Below, piece by piece: positions 36,554-47,668 of a stretch of 64,000 bases of DNA. The stretch covers positions 248,001 through 312,000 of the forward strand of contig CBFDEM010000028.1 of the NCBI GenBank assembly GCA_965603825.1. Reading direction: 5' to 3'. Source of the stretch: Blepharisma stoltei ATCC 30299 (taxonomy: Eukaryota; Protista; Ciliophora). Under the pieces are notes generated by a model. It was not told the origin of the DNA. It made no database searches and was given only the letters and a program-made list of their open reading frames with translations. Each line of letters opens with the position of its first letter. The first letter of the stretch is position 1. The translations under genes and the position numbers were made by a program.

Positions 36554-38449
36554 TTAAGAATCTTCTTCTTTAACGACACCTAAAGGTACTCTCAAAAGAT
36601 TCCGAATTACCGAGGAGAACATCCTTGAGAAATCATAATCCCTTCTCTTTTCCTCTATTTTTCTTTCACATTCCGCTTCTAGCTTTTTCCTATTATTTTC
36701 AAACGCTACCATTTTTGCCTGCATTTCATCCCTTATAGTCTTTTGCCTTTCTTCTTCCTTAATCGCTTTTAGCGATTTCATTTTCGTTAATTTTTTTTCA
36801 TACATTTCTTCCTTGGCCATCCTCAGCTTCTCTTTTTCTTCCATGATTTTCTTTCTTGTGTTTTCAGCTAAATCTAGCTTCTGTAGTTTTTCTTGAAATT
36901 GCTTTTGGATTGATTCAGTAGTTTCTATTTCTATTTGGCTTTTCCGTTCTTGTGATTTTTTTAAGCTTTCATTAATAATTGCGCCCATCTGTTTGGCTTT
37001 TTTGGCTAATTCTATTTGAATTAATTCAGAAAGACTTTTAGTTTTCTGAAGCTCTTGGATTCTATCGAGAGCAAACTTTTTTTTTTCGCTTTCGATTTCA
37101 TCTTTAGTGAACAGTCTTGCTGAGTTCTGGAATTTTGTTTTTGTGGTTTGGCTTCTTTGAGAAGTTCGTATGCTAAATAGAGAAGAATTTTGGGAGTTAT
37201 TTGGGCTTCCAAGTGAAAATTTGTAATCACGTTTTCCTTTGTTATTTTCATATAATACAGAGTGATGATTGGGGCTTTGTGGTGGTTTCATTGACCTAAT
37301 ATAAAATTTTGAGCTGCCTTTTTCTTCGACAGTGTCAATATTGTCCTCTACTTTATTTCTGTTTCCAAAAAATTTAAGCCCAAAGAATTTTTCAGTCATC
37401 GATCTTATAGGCTTTCTCTCAAGAGAAAGTGGGCCGATTTCATTCACGACGACTTCTTCTTGCTGCTCTTCATTATCAGTCTTCTTATTTTCTTCTATTA
37501 AGACTTCATCATAATTTTCAATATTTTCTTGATCTAAATTCTCTTCAACTATTTTCGGTGTTTCCTCCAATGAAATTGGTCTTATCGGCATATTTGGCTT
37601 TATCTTCATATCAATACAATATTTTTCTTCCCAGTTATCCTGCTTTACCAATTCTCCATTGATTATTCTAAATCTCTTTTGAAAATTCTCATAGCCACTT
37701 GACAACATTTCATAGTCTTCATAAGTTTCTTTTGCTTTGTACTGCTTATACTTCAAATCACTTTGGAATTTTGGTGGGTGCAGCTGCCACCCATGCCAAT
37801 TCGGGCCTTCTTTTAAGTTGTTATTTCTTTTCATTACACGATATCCTGGTGGTCCGTCATAAGTTTGAGTTGAGTCAGTCCTGCACCTTTGCTTTGAGCT
37901 AAAATGCATAGCTTCTTGTTTAGAGCAGCCTTTGTCACGCAGTCTAAGATAGGTCATAGCATGGTCAACTGTTAAAATCGAATCATAAGGAGTTAATTTG
38001 AAGCAGTGGCCTTTATTTAAGTCACATGCATCAGAAAATAGACCAGGAGAGCTCGCTCTGGTTATAGGACTTGTTAGAGATGGCCCAATGTAGCCGTTAA
38101 TGCTATCTCATGAGTGCAAGTTTTGAGGGATTGGAGAAATTGAATTAGTAAAATCGTAACAGCTTTCTTTAAGTCTGGCGCCTGAGCCTGATTGCAATCA
38201 TCTTGTAGAGCCTGGTCTTGCTAGTATGTCTTCTAAACTTTTCCTGTGCTTTTTCTCTTTGAATTGAAGTTTTTTTCGGTAATTTTCGAATTTTTCATTT
38301 TCGTCATTTATTTGTTTTTCGATGATGCTTTTGCGTTTGGTATTTCAATAGGAATTTGTGGTGCTGGAGAACGCTTCGGAACGAGAACCCATGCTAGATA
38401 CACTTTTATGCTTTGATTTGATTTTTGGGGTTTTTTCATTAGTGTCCAT
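36554..38449 (-). CDS. Hypothetical protein with a C-terminal charged coiled coil (631 aa, TGA=Trp)
   Basis: ORF 36554-37957 extends upstream in frame through TGAs to ATG 38449. Confidence 0.75.
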
Positions 38450-38651
38450 AGCTGATATTTTTACAAATAAATATATAACATAATATGATTATTTAATAAG
38501 CTTGCATAATTTATAATTTTCTGTAGAAGGGCTAATCAATATTAAAGATTAAAATAATGCTTAATTTTTTGACCAAAAATTCTTAAAAATCATTAATAAA
38601 TTAATCAAAAAATTGAATGCCCTACGATTTTATTCATAAAACAAATTAAAC

Positions 38652-39272
38652 TTATTCAGCTTGATCTGCAGCAATCCACATAGCAAACATATAAATTGCG
38701 ATAATTCCAATAATAAAAATCAAACTTAAAGCTTTTAATTTTTGCTTCCACGCTCTCCTTTGTATACTTCTTGCAGTGTTACTAAACTTGCTTAGCCCGA
38801 AGCTCAGTTCATCAGTTTTTTTAATCAGTGTTTTCATATGAGTGCCTCTCATAATAACTTTATCAAGATTGTTTTTGGTAGATTCTACTGCAAGATTTAA
38901 ATTTCGTTCAACGCCGCTTAATTTGTCCACTTCATGAAGCCTTTCTGGAGAGTATTGAGATATCAATTTCTTCTGAAACTCTGCAAAAGTGCCAGCTTTA
39001 TTGGCGTATTTTGGGAATGATCTTTGCATTTCATTTAGAAATTGCAGTGCAAGATCTCTGCCAATGCCAAGGTCTGCGTAGCATAGGTAAGTGATATTGT
39101 CATTAGTAAAAAAGTTATACGTTTTATTGCCCTGTGTATATGTTTTGAATACTGATGAAGCTTCTGTCGATTTTAGAAGAGACCTGGCTGTTGTGGCGAA
39201 ATCACCTTCAATTGGAGAGTATTCCGATAGGATTTGTTGTCCTCGAGCTACTAGTGCATAATGGACTGCCAT
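38652..39272 (-). CDS. Longin R-SNARE (VAMP7-like)
   Basis: YALVARG longin start, NNLDKVIMRG SNARE zero-layer Arg, C-terminal TM. Confidence 0.88.
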   Translation of the reverse strand: MAVHYALVARGQQILSEYSPIEGDFATTARSLLKSTEASSVFKTYTQGNKTYNFFTNDNITYLCYADLGIGRDLALQFLNEMQRSFPKYANKAGTFAEFQKKLISQYSPERLHEVDKLSGVERNLNLAVESTKNNLDKVIMRGTHMKTLIKKTDELSFGLSKFSNTARSIQRRAWKQKLKALSLIFIIGIIAIYMFAMWIAADQAE

Positions 39273-39608
39273 TTAAAAATTGAATATTTCGTAATTCTCG
39301 ATTAGCCTTATTGAAATCGTATTCATTAAAATTTCCTATCTAGCTTTTATTCAATTTCTATTTTCATTATTCTAATTTCAATTACTATCACAAGCAGCAC
39401 TAAAATGCTCAATACCTCTATTTCCTGCACAATTTTTCCAAAAGTTTCAATTTTTTTGTACCATCTCTTATTTTTTCTTTCCCAAATCTCTATCCCCTCT
39501 TCATTTTCTTTTCTCATCCTCCATTGTCCCTTTTCCATGCCATATCCGCACCAATAACCATAATTTCTTGTGTCTTTTTGACTACATTGCAATAGGCTTG
39601 ATAATAAA

Positions 39609-40007
39609 ATGGACGGAGGATATACGCTTCGCACCAGGAAGATCATGACAAATAAGCTTCTTCACAGACTTCAGATGGTTGTTGATGTGATCCATCCAGA
39701 ACTTGGAGGAGTATCCGTAGAAAAACTCAAAGAAAGGCTTGCAAAAACCTACAAGGCCAAACCAGAGCAGATTATTGTTTATGGATTACAAACAGCCTTT
39801 GGAGGGTCAAGATCGACTGGGTTTGCACTCATTTACGATAATAAAGATTTCCTTGCCAAGTTCGAGCCAAAATACAGACTCAGAAGACTTGGGCTGCTCC
39901 CTGCTAAAACTGGATCGAGGAAACAAAAGAAAGAATTGAAAAATAAGAGAAAGAAGGTCAGAGGAAAGGCAAAGGCTACTGTTGGTGTTGGCAAGAAAAA
40001 GAAGTAA
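39609..40007 (+). CDS. RPS24: 40S ribosomal protein S24 (eS24)
   Basis: LRTRKIMTNKLLHRLQMVVDVIHP, FGGSRSTGFALIYD and KFEPKYRL. Confidence 0.97.
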   Translation: MDGGYTLRTRKIMTNKLLHRLQMVVDVIHPELGGVSVEKLKERLAKTYKAKPEQIIVYGLQTAFGGSRSTGFALIYDNKDFLAKFEPKYRLRRLGLLPAKTGSRKQKKELKNKRKKVRGKAKATVGVGKKKK

Positions 40008-40150
40008 GCATAATAATTTCTTTCCACAAATAAGGATTATTAAGTTATTTTAAAACGAAACTAATTTACAGGAGAATTCGTACCAAAAGCAAACGTAAGA
40101 GTGTCGAAAGCTGTGAAATCTCAGTGATAGATTAAAGAATAATAATTAAG

Positions 40151-40936
40151 TTATTTTTGGAAGCTTGCCCAATTTCTCATTTCTTCCATCTGAGACCGGA
40201 TTCTTTGGAGTTCTTGGTTATACTTGGTTTGGAGGGTTTGGAATTTATTTTCAAACTGTTTTTTGCATTCTTCAACCGACTCATTTATTTTTGCTGTTAT
40301 TTCGCTAACTAGAGTCATTCTTAAGTCAGCTTGGCCTTTAACTCGGTCTCTTGAGTTAGCAGGGTTAACAATTCCTGAGTATCTCTTTTCGAAGTCTTCA
40401 ATTACTGCTTCAGATTGAGCGGTTTTGTCTCTGATTTCTTTGAGATCTTTTTCTACTTCAGTTTTAGACTCTTGCAGAGCATTCTTGATGGTCTGTCGCT
40501 CGTCTTTAAGCCTCAGTTTTATATTGTCGACTAGCCCAGCAATTTCGCTTTTTAGCTTTGTTTCGATTTCTTTTATTGCATCCGCATTTTGCTTTTCTAA
40601 ACTTTTGAAGCCATTGTCTACTTGTGCAAGCTTGGTGTTCATTTCTTTCATCACGTCTTCTCTTCTTTTAGCTTCATTTGCGATTTGTGCTGCAGACTGA
40701 CTTTTAGAGGCCTCAAGTGTATCAGTAAGTTCTTCAATCGCATTTTGGTTGGCTTTAATTTCATGATCTATATCAGTCCGTTGTTTACTAAAGGCAGCCA
40801 TAGTTTCTTCAATTCTCCCTAAGCATTGACTATCTCTCGTAAGTTTCAGCAATGGTCTGCATGAATCTTGCTGAAATTCCAGCCTACTGATTGAATCTTC
40901 AAGTGCTTTCAATCTGGCCTGTATGGTTGAATCCAT
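40151..40936 (-). CDS. Coiled-coil protein, 261 aa
   Basis: Clean ORF with heptad-rich sequence. Confidence 0.8.
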   Translation of the reverse strand: MDSTIQARLKALEDSISRLEFQQDSCRPLLKLTRDSQCLGRIEETMAAFSKQRTDIDHEIKANQNAIEELTDTLEASKSQSAAQIANEAKRREDVMKEMNTKLAQVDNGFKSLEKQNADAIKEIETKLKSEIAGLVDNIKLRLKDERQTIKNALQESKTEVEKDLKEIRDKTAQSEAVIEDFEKRYSGIVNPANSRDRVKGQADLRMTLVSEITAKINESVEECKKQFENKFQTLQTKYNQELQRIRSQMEEMRNWASFQK

Positions 40937-40942
40937 TTATTA

Positions 40943-41491
40943 TTAAAAATTTAAAAAGTCTTCAAGCTCTTGAGAATTAATTTTTGGAGCTTCTATGTCT
41001 TCTAATTTCTTGCTGATTTTTGGAGCTTTGGGGAGAGAAGAGGTAAAAGGCTGGCTTATAAGTGCGTCTTGCTCTTTTAAAGCTGCTTGGGTTTCATAGA
41101 TAGTTTCTCTGATCTGGATTTCTCTTATTTGGGTTTCAAATTCGTTCAGTCTTTTTGATAAAGTTTCTTCTTCTGAGGTAATTTCAAGAATCAATTGTTT
41201 TTTCTGTGATTCAAATAGCTTATTTTCAGATTCTAGCTGAAGCTTAGTAACTGCATTATCTAATTCTGTTAATGCTAAAGAAATTTGTGAAATATCTCCA
41301 CTAATATTTTTAATTTCTGAAGAAAAATTGACAAAATCCAATGATAATTGGAACAATCTTAAAACTTTTTCTCGCTTTTTGGCAATTATGGCTTCAGATT
41401 CATATAGTGATTTTTGAATAGAAATTGCTTGCTGAAGTGTTTGGTCTTGTAATTCTTTATTCAATAGATTTTCTTTTCCTAATATATTCAT
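40943..41491 (-). CDS. Coiled-coil protein, 182 aa (weak dysbindin/BLOC-1-like resemblance)
   Basis: Clean ORF. The C-terminal LEDIE...QELEDFL is reminiscent of dysbindin; the family call is tentative. Confidence 0.65.
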   Translation of the reverse strand: MNILGKENLLNKELQDQTLQQAISIQKSLYESEAIIAKKREKVLRLFQLSLDFVNFSSEIKNISGDISQISLALTELDNAVTKLQLESENKLFESQKKQLILEITSEEETLSKRLNEFETQIREIQIRETIYETQAALKEQDALISQPFTSSLPKAPKISKKLEDIEAPKINSQELEDFLNF

Positions 41492-41555
41492 TTATCAAGC
41501 TTTGGAATTCATATTCTGGAATTTGGTAAATTTTTATTGATTATTATGTAATAAA

Positions 41556-42533
41556 ATGCAAGAAGATATTACATATGCAAGTATTGATAGCATTGCTAAA
41601 AGAGTTGGGCTGACTTCAATGTTAATCGGCAGATATGATGATAGAACTTGGAAAGAAAACAGTCAATATGATCTTCAAACTCATTTAAGGAAAAAAGAAG
41701 AATGACATCTCTTGATGGAAGAATTATACAAACAACGCACAAAATTTAAAAATATTTACAAGTTGAATCCAATGGATTTAAAAGTAAGAAATCCTCCCAA
41801 CTCTTTTATTGCCAAGCCAAATGGGGAATATGTAAGAATGATAGCAGCGATATTTGAAGGTCAGGTATATTTTTTGAAACCATTAAAAAAATATCCGAAA
41901 ATTCGTGGGATACCACGCGAAGCATATGTTATGAGTCGACTTAGACATGAAAATATAGCAAAATCTATAGGCTATATAAAAATTAAAAAAAATGAAAAAT
42001 TTTTAGCCTTGGAATGCTTACCTCTAGTACTTGACAAATATTTGGAAAAAAACTTGTCAATTAAACAAAAACTATATATAATAATTGAAATTGGAAGAGG
42101 ATTATGCTTTTTGCATATGAAAAATACAGTTTTTTTAAATTTATCCCCATGGTCTATTAACGTTGACCAGGATGGTAAGCCAAAGCTCTTTGATTTCGAG
42201 CTTTGCACAAATCTTAAAATGGAGCCTCCAGAAAAATTCTATAAAGAGTCTAGTTTTGCATCTCCTGAAGCAATGATGGGCTGCAGAGATATTTTAGGCG
42301 ATATTTACTCATATGGGTTATTGGCGTATTATATATTGACCAAAAACCTTTATTGTGAGTACATTGGACTTGAAGGCTTAGATGATAATTCAGATTACTT
42401 TTCAGACTATGAAAATAAAAGTGTCATAGACGGATTAAGAAATCTAATAGAAAGAATGATTGATCCGATTTCAGTCGAAAGACCTACTGCTGAAGAGTGT
42501 TATATCGAATTTAAAAGACTTAATAATATATAA
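41556..42533 (+). CDS. Protein kinase-fold protein, probable pseudokinase
   Basis: ATG 41556 in frame through a TGA. REAYVMSRLRHENI, FLNLSPWSI in place of HRDLKxxN, KLFDFE, ASPE, DIYSYG, ERPTA. Confidence 0.85.
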
Positions 42534-42806
42534 AGATATAAATCAAGTTAGTCAATAGATATTTTAATAATATCATATATTTTAGCATTATCTTAGTCTG
42601 AATAATAGTGCGGCTAGGTATGGATTTTTTTCCAAAAAATGATCAGTTTTTTCTATAAGAGTATATTCATAGCCCCAACAAAAATCATCAAGCAATATAA
42701 TTATACAATTAATTAAAATAAAACAATAAATTAATTATTTAAGCTTTACTTCATTCTTGTTTTCCCTATTAAATGCATACAGGGGAAATATGGTAATAAT
42801 TTACAA

Positions 42807-42971
42807 ATGACAAACCTCTGGAACTCGCATCCTAAAAGCAATAGCAAAGGCTCAAGAAGCTGCCGTGTTTGTGCAGGACGCAACGGGTTAATCAGAAAAT
42901 ACGAACTTTTTGTCTGCAGACGCTGCATAAGAGAAATTGCTCCACATGTTGGCTTCAAGAAGTACAGATAA
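42807..42971 (+). CDS. RPS29: 40S ribosomal protein S29 (uS14); not in the ORF track
   Basis: MTNLWNSHPKSNSKGSRSCRVCAGRNGLIRKYELFVCRRCIREIAPHVGFKKYR. Confidence 0.95.
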   Translation: MTNLWNSHPKSNSKGSRSCRVCAGRNGLIRKYELFVCRRCIREIAPHVGFKKYR

Positions 42972-43258
42972 ATAACACTAAACAAATTCAACCATAACAG
43001 TGAGCTTATTATTTCATAAGTACTTAATAGTTGTTTCCTTGATTTCTTGGAAAATTCAAGGCAGTTTATCTAATTCTTCGTAAAAACATTGCGCTAATGC
43101 TGAACCAGAGAGTTTTTCTAAAATTAACACTTTGCAGAGCTAGCTCATTATATTTATATGAAATAGCATGATATTATGGGCAGAAATATAAGCAAATGAT
43201 AATACATACAATATTTTTATAAAAACTAAATTAAAAACCAATTTATTTTGATCATTTC

Positions 43259-43969
43259 CTAGCCACTCATTGTCCTCTCAAACGCTATCTTTTTGGCATT
43301 ATCTAAATTATTTTTATTCGACATAACAATTCTGTAAACTGTTTTTTGACTTTTAGGAGTCTTTAAAGGCATTACTTTGCATATTTGCTCAACTCATACA
43401 TCCAATGAATCGATACTGTCATCCACGATTAAATCAAGAATTTTATTTAATAGAGCATCTATTGTATCAGCTGACAAAGAGTCAGGCTGCAACACATTCG
43501 GGTCTAAACTTAAAAGTTTGTCTATAAGAGCTTCTTTATCATTTAGTTTTAGCACATCTTGAATGGATTTTTCCAAAGTTTCGATTTGGCTTTCCTCCTC
43601 TTCATATTGGCTGTCAATTTGCTTATAATCGTTCTCCAATTTTATGATTCTATCCTCAATCATTTTTATCCTTTCAAAGTGCAATTTGTTTTGATTCTTA
43701 ATTTTTTCGAAATCCTCACTAAACTTCTTTTTAGTTTTATCGATGTCTGCTTTTATAAGTTCAAAAGTATAGATTTTTATTTTTTCCCTCAAGTTGTCAA
43801 CAAGCTCATTTTCGATTTTATTTATATGAATCGGCAAACTTTTTTCCATCACCTGCTGAAGGTTATTTACAAAGTTATTACCTAAGTTTTGTACGCTTTC
43901 TAGCAAATTTGCATTATAGTATTTCGAAACATCATCATAAGCAGCACTTTCAGACTTTGCAGACTGCAT
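43259..43969 (-). CDS. Hypothetical coiled-coil protein (236 aa, TGA=Trp)
   Basis: ORF continues through TGA 43394 to TAG 43259-43261. Confidence 0.7.
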
Positions 43970-43987
43970 ATTTAATATCTTATAAAA

Positions 43988-44646
43988 ATGATCCCAGATC
44001 TATAATTTTTGTACTCATAGGCTTCGAGCCAGTTTCTACAAGCACAAACATATCATCTCAAGAATTAATTGACATTTTAAGCGTCGGCCCTACTCCTTTT
44101 ATCAAAAACCTCTCCCTCTTCATCACTTCTTTACTATTCTACCACAACAAGCAAGCCCTAACAGGTAAACTTAAAATCAATATTGAGACTCTGCTTAGGA
44201 TTGTAGAAGACCAGCCTGATATTTTAAAAAAACGTGAAGTCGCTCGGACTAATGGGCCTTGCTTTATATGTAACAAAATTTTCCAAAAAATTTTAGTGCA
44301 TTTGCGTGAGTCTCATGGCTTGAACAGAATTTCTTGTCTAGAATACCAAAATCTTTATAAACCGGACATGAATTTTATCACACAAGGAGGGGAAATATCT
44401 TTTGATGGAAATTCTCAACAGTCAAAAGAGTGTAAATGGAAATCTAAGATCTCTGACGCACATGGACAGCAAAATGAAAATATGAGATGTCCAACTTGTG
44501 GAGAAGATATTCCAGCAAGGCTTTTTAAGGCGCATTGCATGAGACACGATATAGGGGAAATGATACTGTGCAAGGATTGCAATAGATATTTTGGAAGGGC
44601 ACAGATGACGGTTCACTTAAAAAGTGCTCATGGAGGATTAACTTAA
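43988..44646 (+). CDS. C2H2 zinc-finger protein (start uncertain)
   Basis: CFIC..HLRESH, CPTC..HCMRH and CKDC..HLKSAH fingers. No in-frame ATG upstream of the first finger; the ATG at 43988 is out of frame. Confidence 0.7.
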
Positions 44647-44768
44647 TTTTTTAAATATTTTCAAAGAATTGTTTTATTTTTAAGCTCTTATTTATTGCTT
44701 ATCAGCTCATAGGAATTAAGAATGAATTATTTCTTGATATAAGAATTATCGATCTAGTAAATTTATAG

Positions 44769-45363
44769 TTATTTATGCTCAAATCTTGTTTTTAATGACA
44801 TAGTCACAATCACAAAAATAAAAGTGCAGAGCAGTCCTATTAAAAATCCATAAAAGAAAATTAAATTGTTCTTCCCTATACATTTGCTAGTCCACGGGCA
44901 ATGATGATCATATTCATCAATGCACACTCCGCATTCATCACAATGTGTTGTACGAGCATTTTTCACGATTTCACATCTTTCACAATATCTTTCAGCTGCC
45001 AAACTATTTGAAATTTCCATTTCTTGATCCCCACTAAAATTATAACAAATTCCTGGGTTCACCAGAGCAGCCAATGTATAGCTTCCAATTAAAAACCCAA
45101 ATATAATAACCCCACAAAAAGTATCAAGATCCCCTACAGTAGGACAGATAACAAATATAAAAAGCAAAGCCAAAATAACAAAAAAAGAATTCAGCCCTAC
45201 AAAGAAAGGTCCTAAATGAAAATTTACAATGTGGGCCAATGCAATACCTTGGGACTCCGTTTTTGTCAAATAAGAAGCAGTGAAGATTTGCAATTTTCTC
45301 ATATTTGATGCCTAATTTTGAAATTCTTGAATATTTTGGAAGACCTTCGCTGACACTTTCCAT
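44769..45363 (-). CDS. DHHC palmitoyltransferase; one 16-nt intron
   Basis: CERC...HCDECGVCIDEYDHHCPWTSKCIG. Splicing 45212-45227 joins the two frames and gives IGPH-W(TGA)-PFF. Confidence 0.93.
45212..45227 (-). other. 16-nt spliceosomal intron (GTAAATTTTCATTTAG)
   Basis: Required to join the two DHHC reading frames. Confidence 0.88.
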
Positions 45364-45416
45364 TTTATATATCAATTAATTTGTATTTAATTCTATTAAT
45401 TACATTTTTTATTTTT

Positions 45417-45978
45417 AAGCAACTTGGTGTAGAGGTGAATGATATTTCCTTTTTTAGAAGTGCACATGTTTATAAAATTCATGGTATTAATGCTTGATAT
45501 AATTGTTCTAAAGCTTGTAAAAAGTAAGAGAAGTGTCCGTTTTATGCTATCGGGGTCAGCTTGATAGAGGAAAGTGTCAAAAACTGTCCTGGAAAAGTGA
45601 GGGTCTGAAAAACGGCTACCCCACTCTTCGATTATTCTGATGAATGAAGCTCTTAGTTCCTGGTGCTTTGAATATCTAAAGGGCAACTCAGCAAGTGGCT
45701 TAATCAAATCTTTTGATATTCACACCTTAGGAACTTTGAAGAGCGCTGCAAATGAGATGCATGCTGGAGCTTCAAAAACACCAATTAGCTTTACGCCCAG
45801 ATTTGAAGCAATAAGAGAATGAATTTAATGGGATTACAGTGGCATCCTCGAACGTATTTGAAATGATAATCGGGTGAAACGACATTTTACATTATCAGAA
45901 ATATGGCTGAGCAGTCAAGATTAGTTGTTATAAATGGACAATAAATTCAAACGATTTATGTATCAGCATGACATTTAA
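45417..45978 (+). pseudogene. Possible decayed coding sequence with a Cys/His zinc-finger-like segment
   Basis: Protein-like translation W-Y-N-C-S-K-A-C-K-K-*-E-K-C-P-F...V-R-V-W-K-T-A-T-P, then a frameshift and several TAA/TAG. No intact ORF with an ATG spans it. Confidence 0.3.
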
Positions 45979-46831
45979 GTAATATTTTTATGTCAAATTC
46001 ACATTAATGATCTTAATATTTTAAATTTTTATATAATTTCGCAAAATATAGTAAAATGCAAGATATTTTTTTAATTATTATATTATGTATTTCTGATTAT
46101 ATTCCTATTCATTTCTGAAAATTTATTCTCAATTAAATTATCAAATTTAAAGCAAATTTGTATCTATAATGAACAAATTGTTAGTTCTATTATTTTCTTT
46201 TGAATTTTAATTCTACTTATTTTGACAAAATGCATTATTTTAAAATTTAATATCTCCATTCTATGTCATCTGCTAATATTTTCGAAAAAAGGCCGCTTCT
46301 GAGCCTGCTTATTTGCTCTTAGCTAGTTTTTATCAGCAACTCAAGCAAATTAGGAACATAAGGTCTTATTCCATAAATTATTAACTTATGTACCAGGAAT
46401 TAAAAGTAACCTCAATCACCTTGGATTATTGAATTTCCCTAAGGATGGAAGATCAACGCTGCATACATTGTGGGATCTTGCCTTGCTATTTCACTGATAA
46501 AGTAGAATTTCTCTTTAGAAGGCATAATATTATATGCTGGCAAATTCACATATGCAAATGGAAATAAAAATTATTGATTTTAATAATGCGTTATATTTAT
46601 AAGTAAATTTTAGGATAAGAAACTGTTTAGCTAATTTACATAAGCTTAAACTATTAACCTTTAGAATATAAAGTTAATCCAAATACACAAATATTGGCCA
46701 ACTGTTAGATATTTGTAAAAATCCTATAAACTGTCCAAAGCATTTTTTTGCATCAAATATCAAATCAGCAAACTATTTCTTCTTAATTTACGTATATAAT
46801 TAATTTTATTTATTCTTACCAGGGAATTCAA

Positions 46832-47644
46832 ATGGCCTTAGTATCAGAGAAAAGACAACTACTACCCAACATATCAGAATTAAAAGCCGAATACTTAAGA
46901 AAACTCAACGAATTAGAGCTAGAAAAAGAAGAAGCAGAATATTATCAACGAAGCTACAAGCGTAAGCTTGAAAAGCTTAATCAAGAAAAACGGAATTATC
47001 ATACCAAAATAACAGAGCTCGTTCTAAAAATGACACCAAACCAAACAGAAGAATCCAGCAGCGATAAGTCTTTCGAGTTTGAAGACTGTTCTATCCCTTT
47101 TCAAAATATCGAAAGCGAACCAAAAGAGGATCTCCAAGAAAAGGAAGAGCAAGAGCAATTAGCAAAAGAGCGAGAAGCTTTAAAAGTCCTAAAAGAGCAA
47201 TTAGAGCAAGATTTATCCAAGCTTCGCAGAGAAAAGCACAAATTTTCTGTCCAAAAAAGAATTTCTATGCAGTCACAAAATAAAATTGCTGATTCCAATA
47301 AGCCGATAGAAATCACCAGAAATAAAATTCTCAGCAAATGCGGAAGCCTAGATAAAATAAATAGTTCAGAGGCTACAGACTTCGAACAAGAAAAGCGAGA
47401 AATCGAACAAGTAAGATTTACACTGGCACAGAAGCAAAAAATTCTTGAAGATTCTTATAAAAAGGTCCAAGAAGAAAGAGCAATTTTAGAAAAAGAAAAA
47501 AAAGATTTTGAAGAAAAAGTGTCGTGTTTTGATAAAGGAAAATCAGAAATAAAAAAAACCATTCCCAAAATGACGCCGAATATTCCAAAAAGCCCTTTGA
47601 GATTTCGAGCTTTAAACCAGTCAGCAGGAAAATTGGTATTTTAA
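46832..47644 (+). CDS. Coiled-coil protein, 270 aa
   Basis: Clean K/E-rich ORF. Confidence 0.78.
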   Translation: MALVSEKRQLLPNISELKAEYLRKLNELELEKEEAEYYQRSYKRKLEKLNQEKRNYHTKITELVLKMTPNQTEESSSDKSFEFEDCSIPFQNIESEPKEDLQEKEEQEQLAKEREALKVLKEQLEQDLSKLRREKHKFSVQKRISMQSQNKIADSNKPIEITRNKILSKCGSLDKINSSEATDFEQEKREIEQVRFTLAQKQKILEDSYKKVQEERAILEKEKKDFEEKVSCFDKGKSEIKKTIPKMTPNIPKSPLRFRALNQSAGKLVF

Positions 47645-47668
47645 TTGATATAATGAATAATAAATAAA

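Noticed and set aside
39347-39646. Minus-strand ORF overlapping the RPS24 start, and other antisense ORFs (e.g. 21914-22408, 30433-30876, 63551-63811)
   Set aside because: These are shadow ORFs of real genes or products of compositional skew.
43000-43200. Hairpin CCTTGA..TCAAGG and a short minus-strand frame downstream of RPS29
   Set aside because: No snoRNA boxes and no intact ATG-initiated ORF.
45396-45707. Minus-strand 103-aa ORF as a gene
   Set aside because: Its upstream extension hits TAA without an ATG or a plausible intron.
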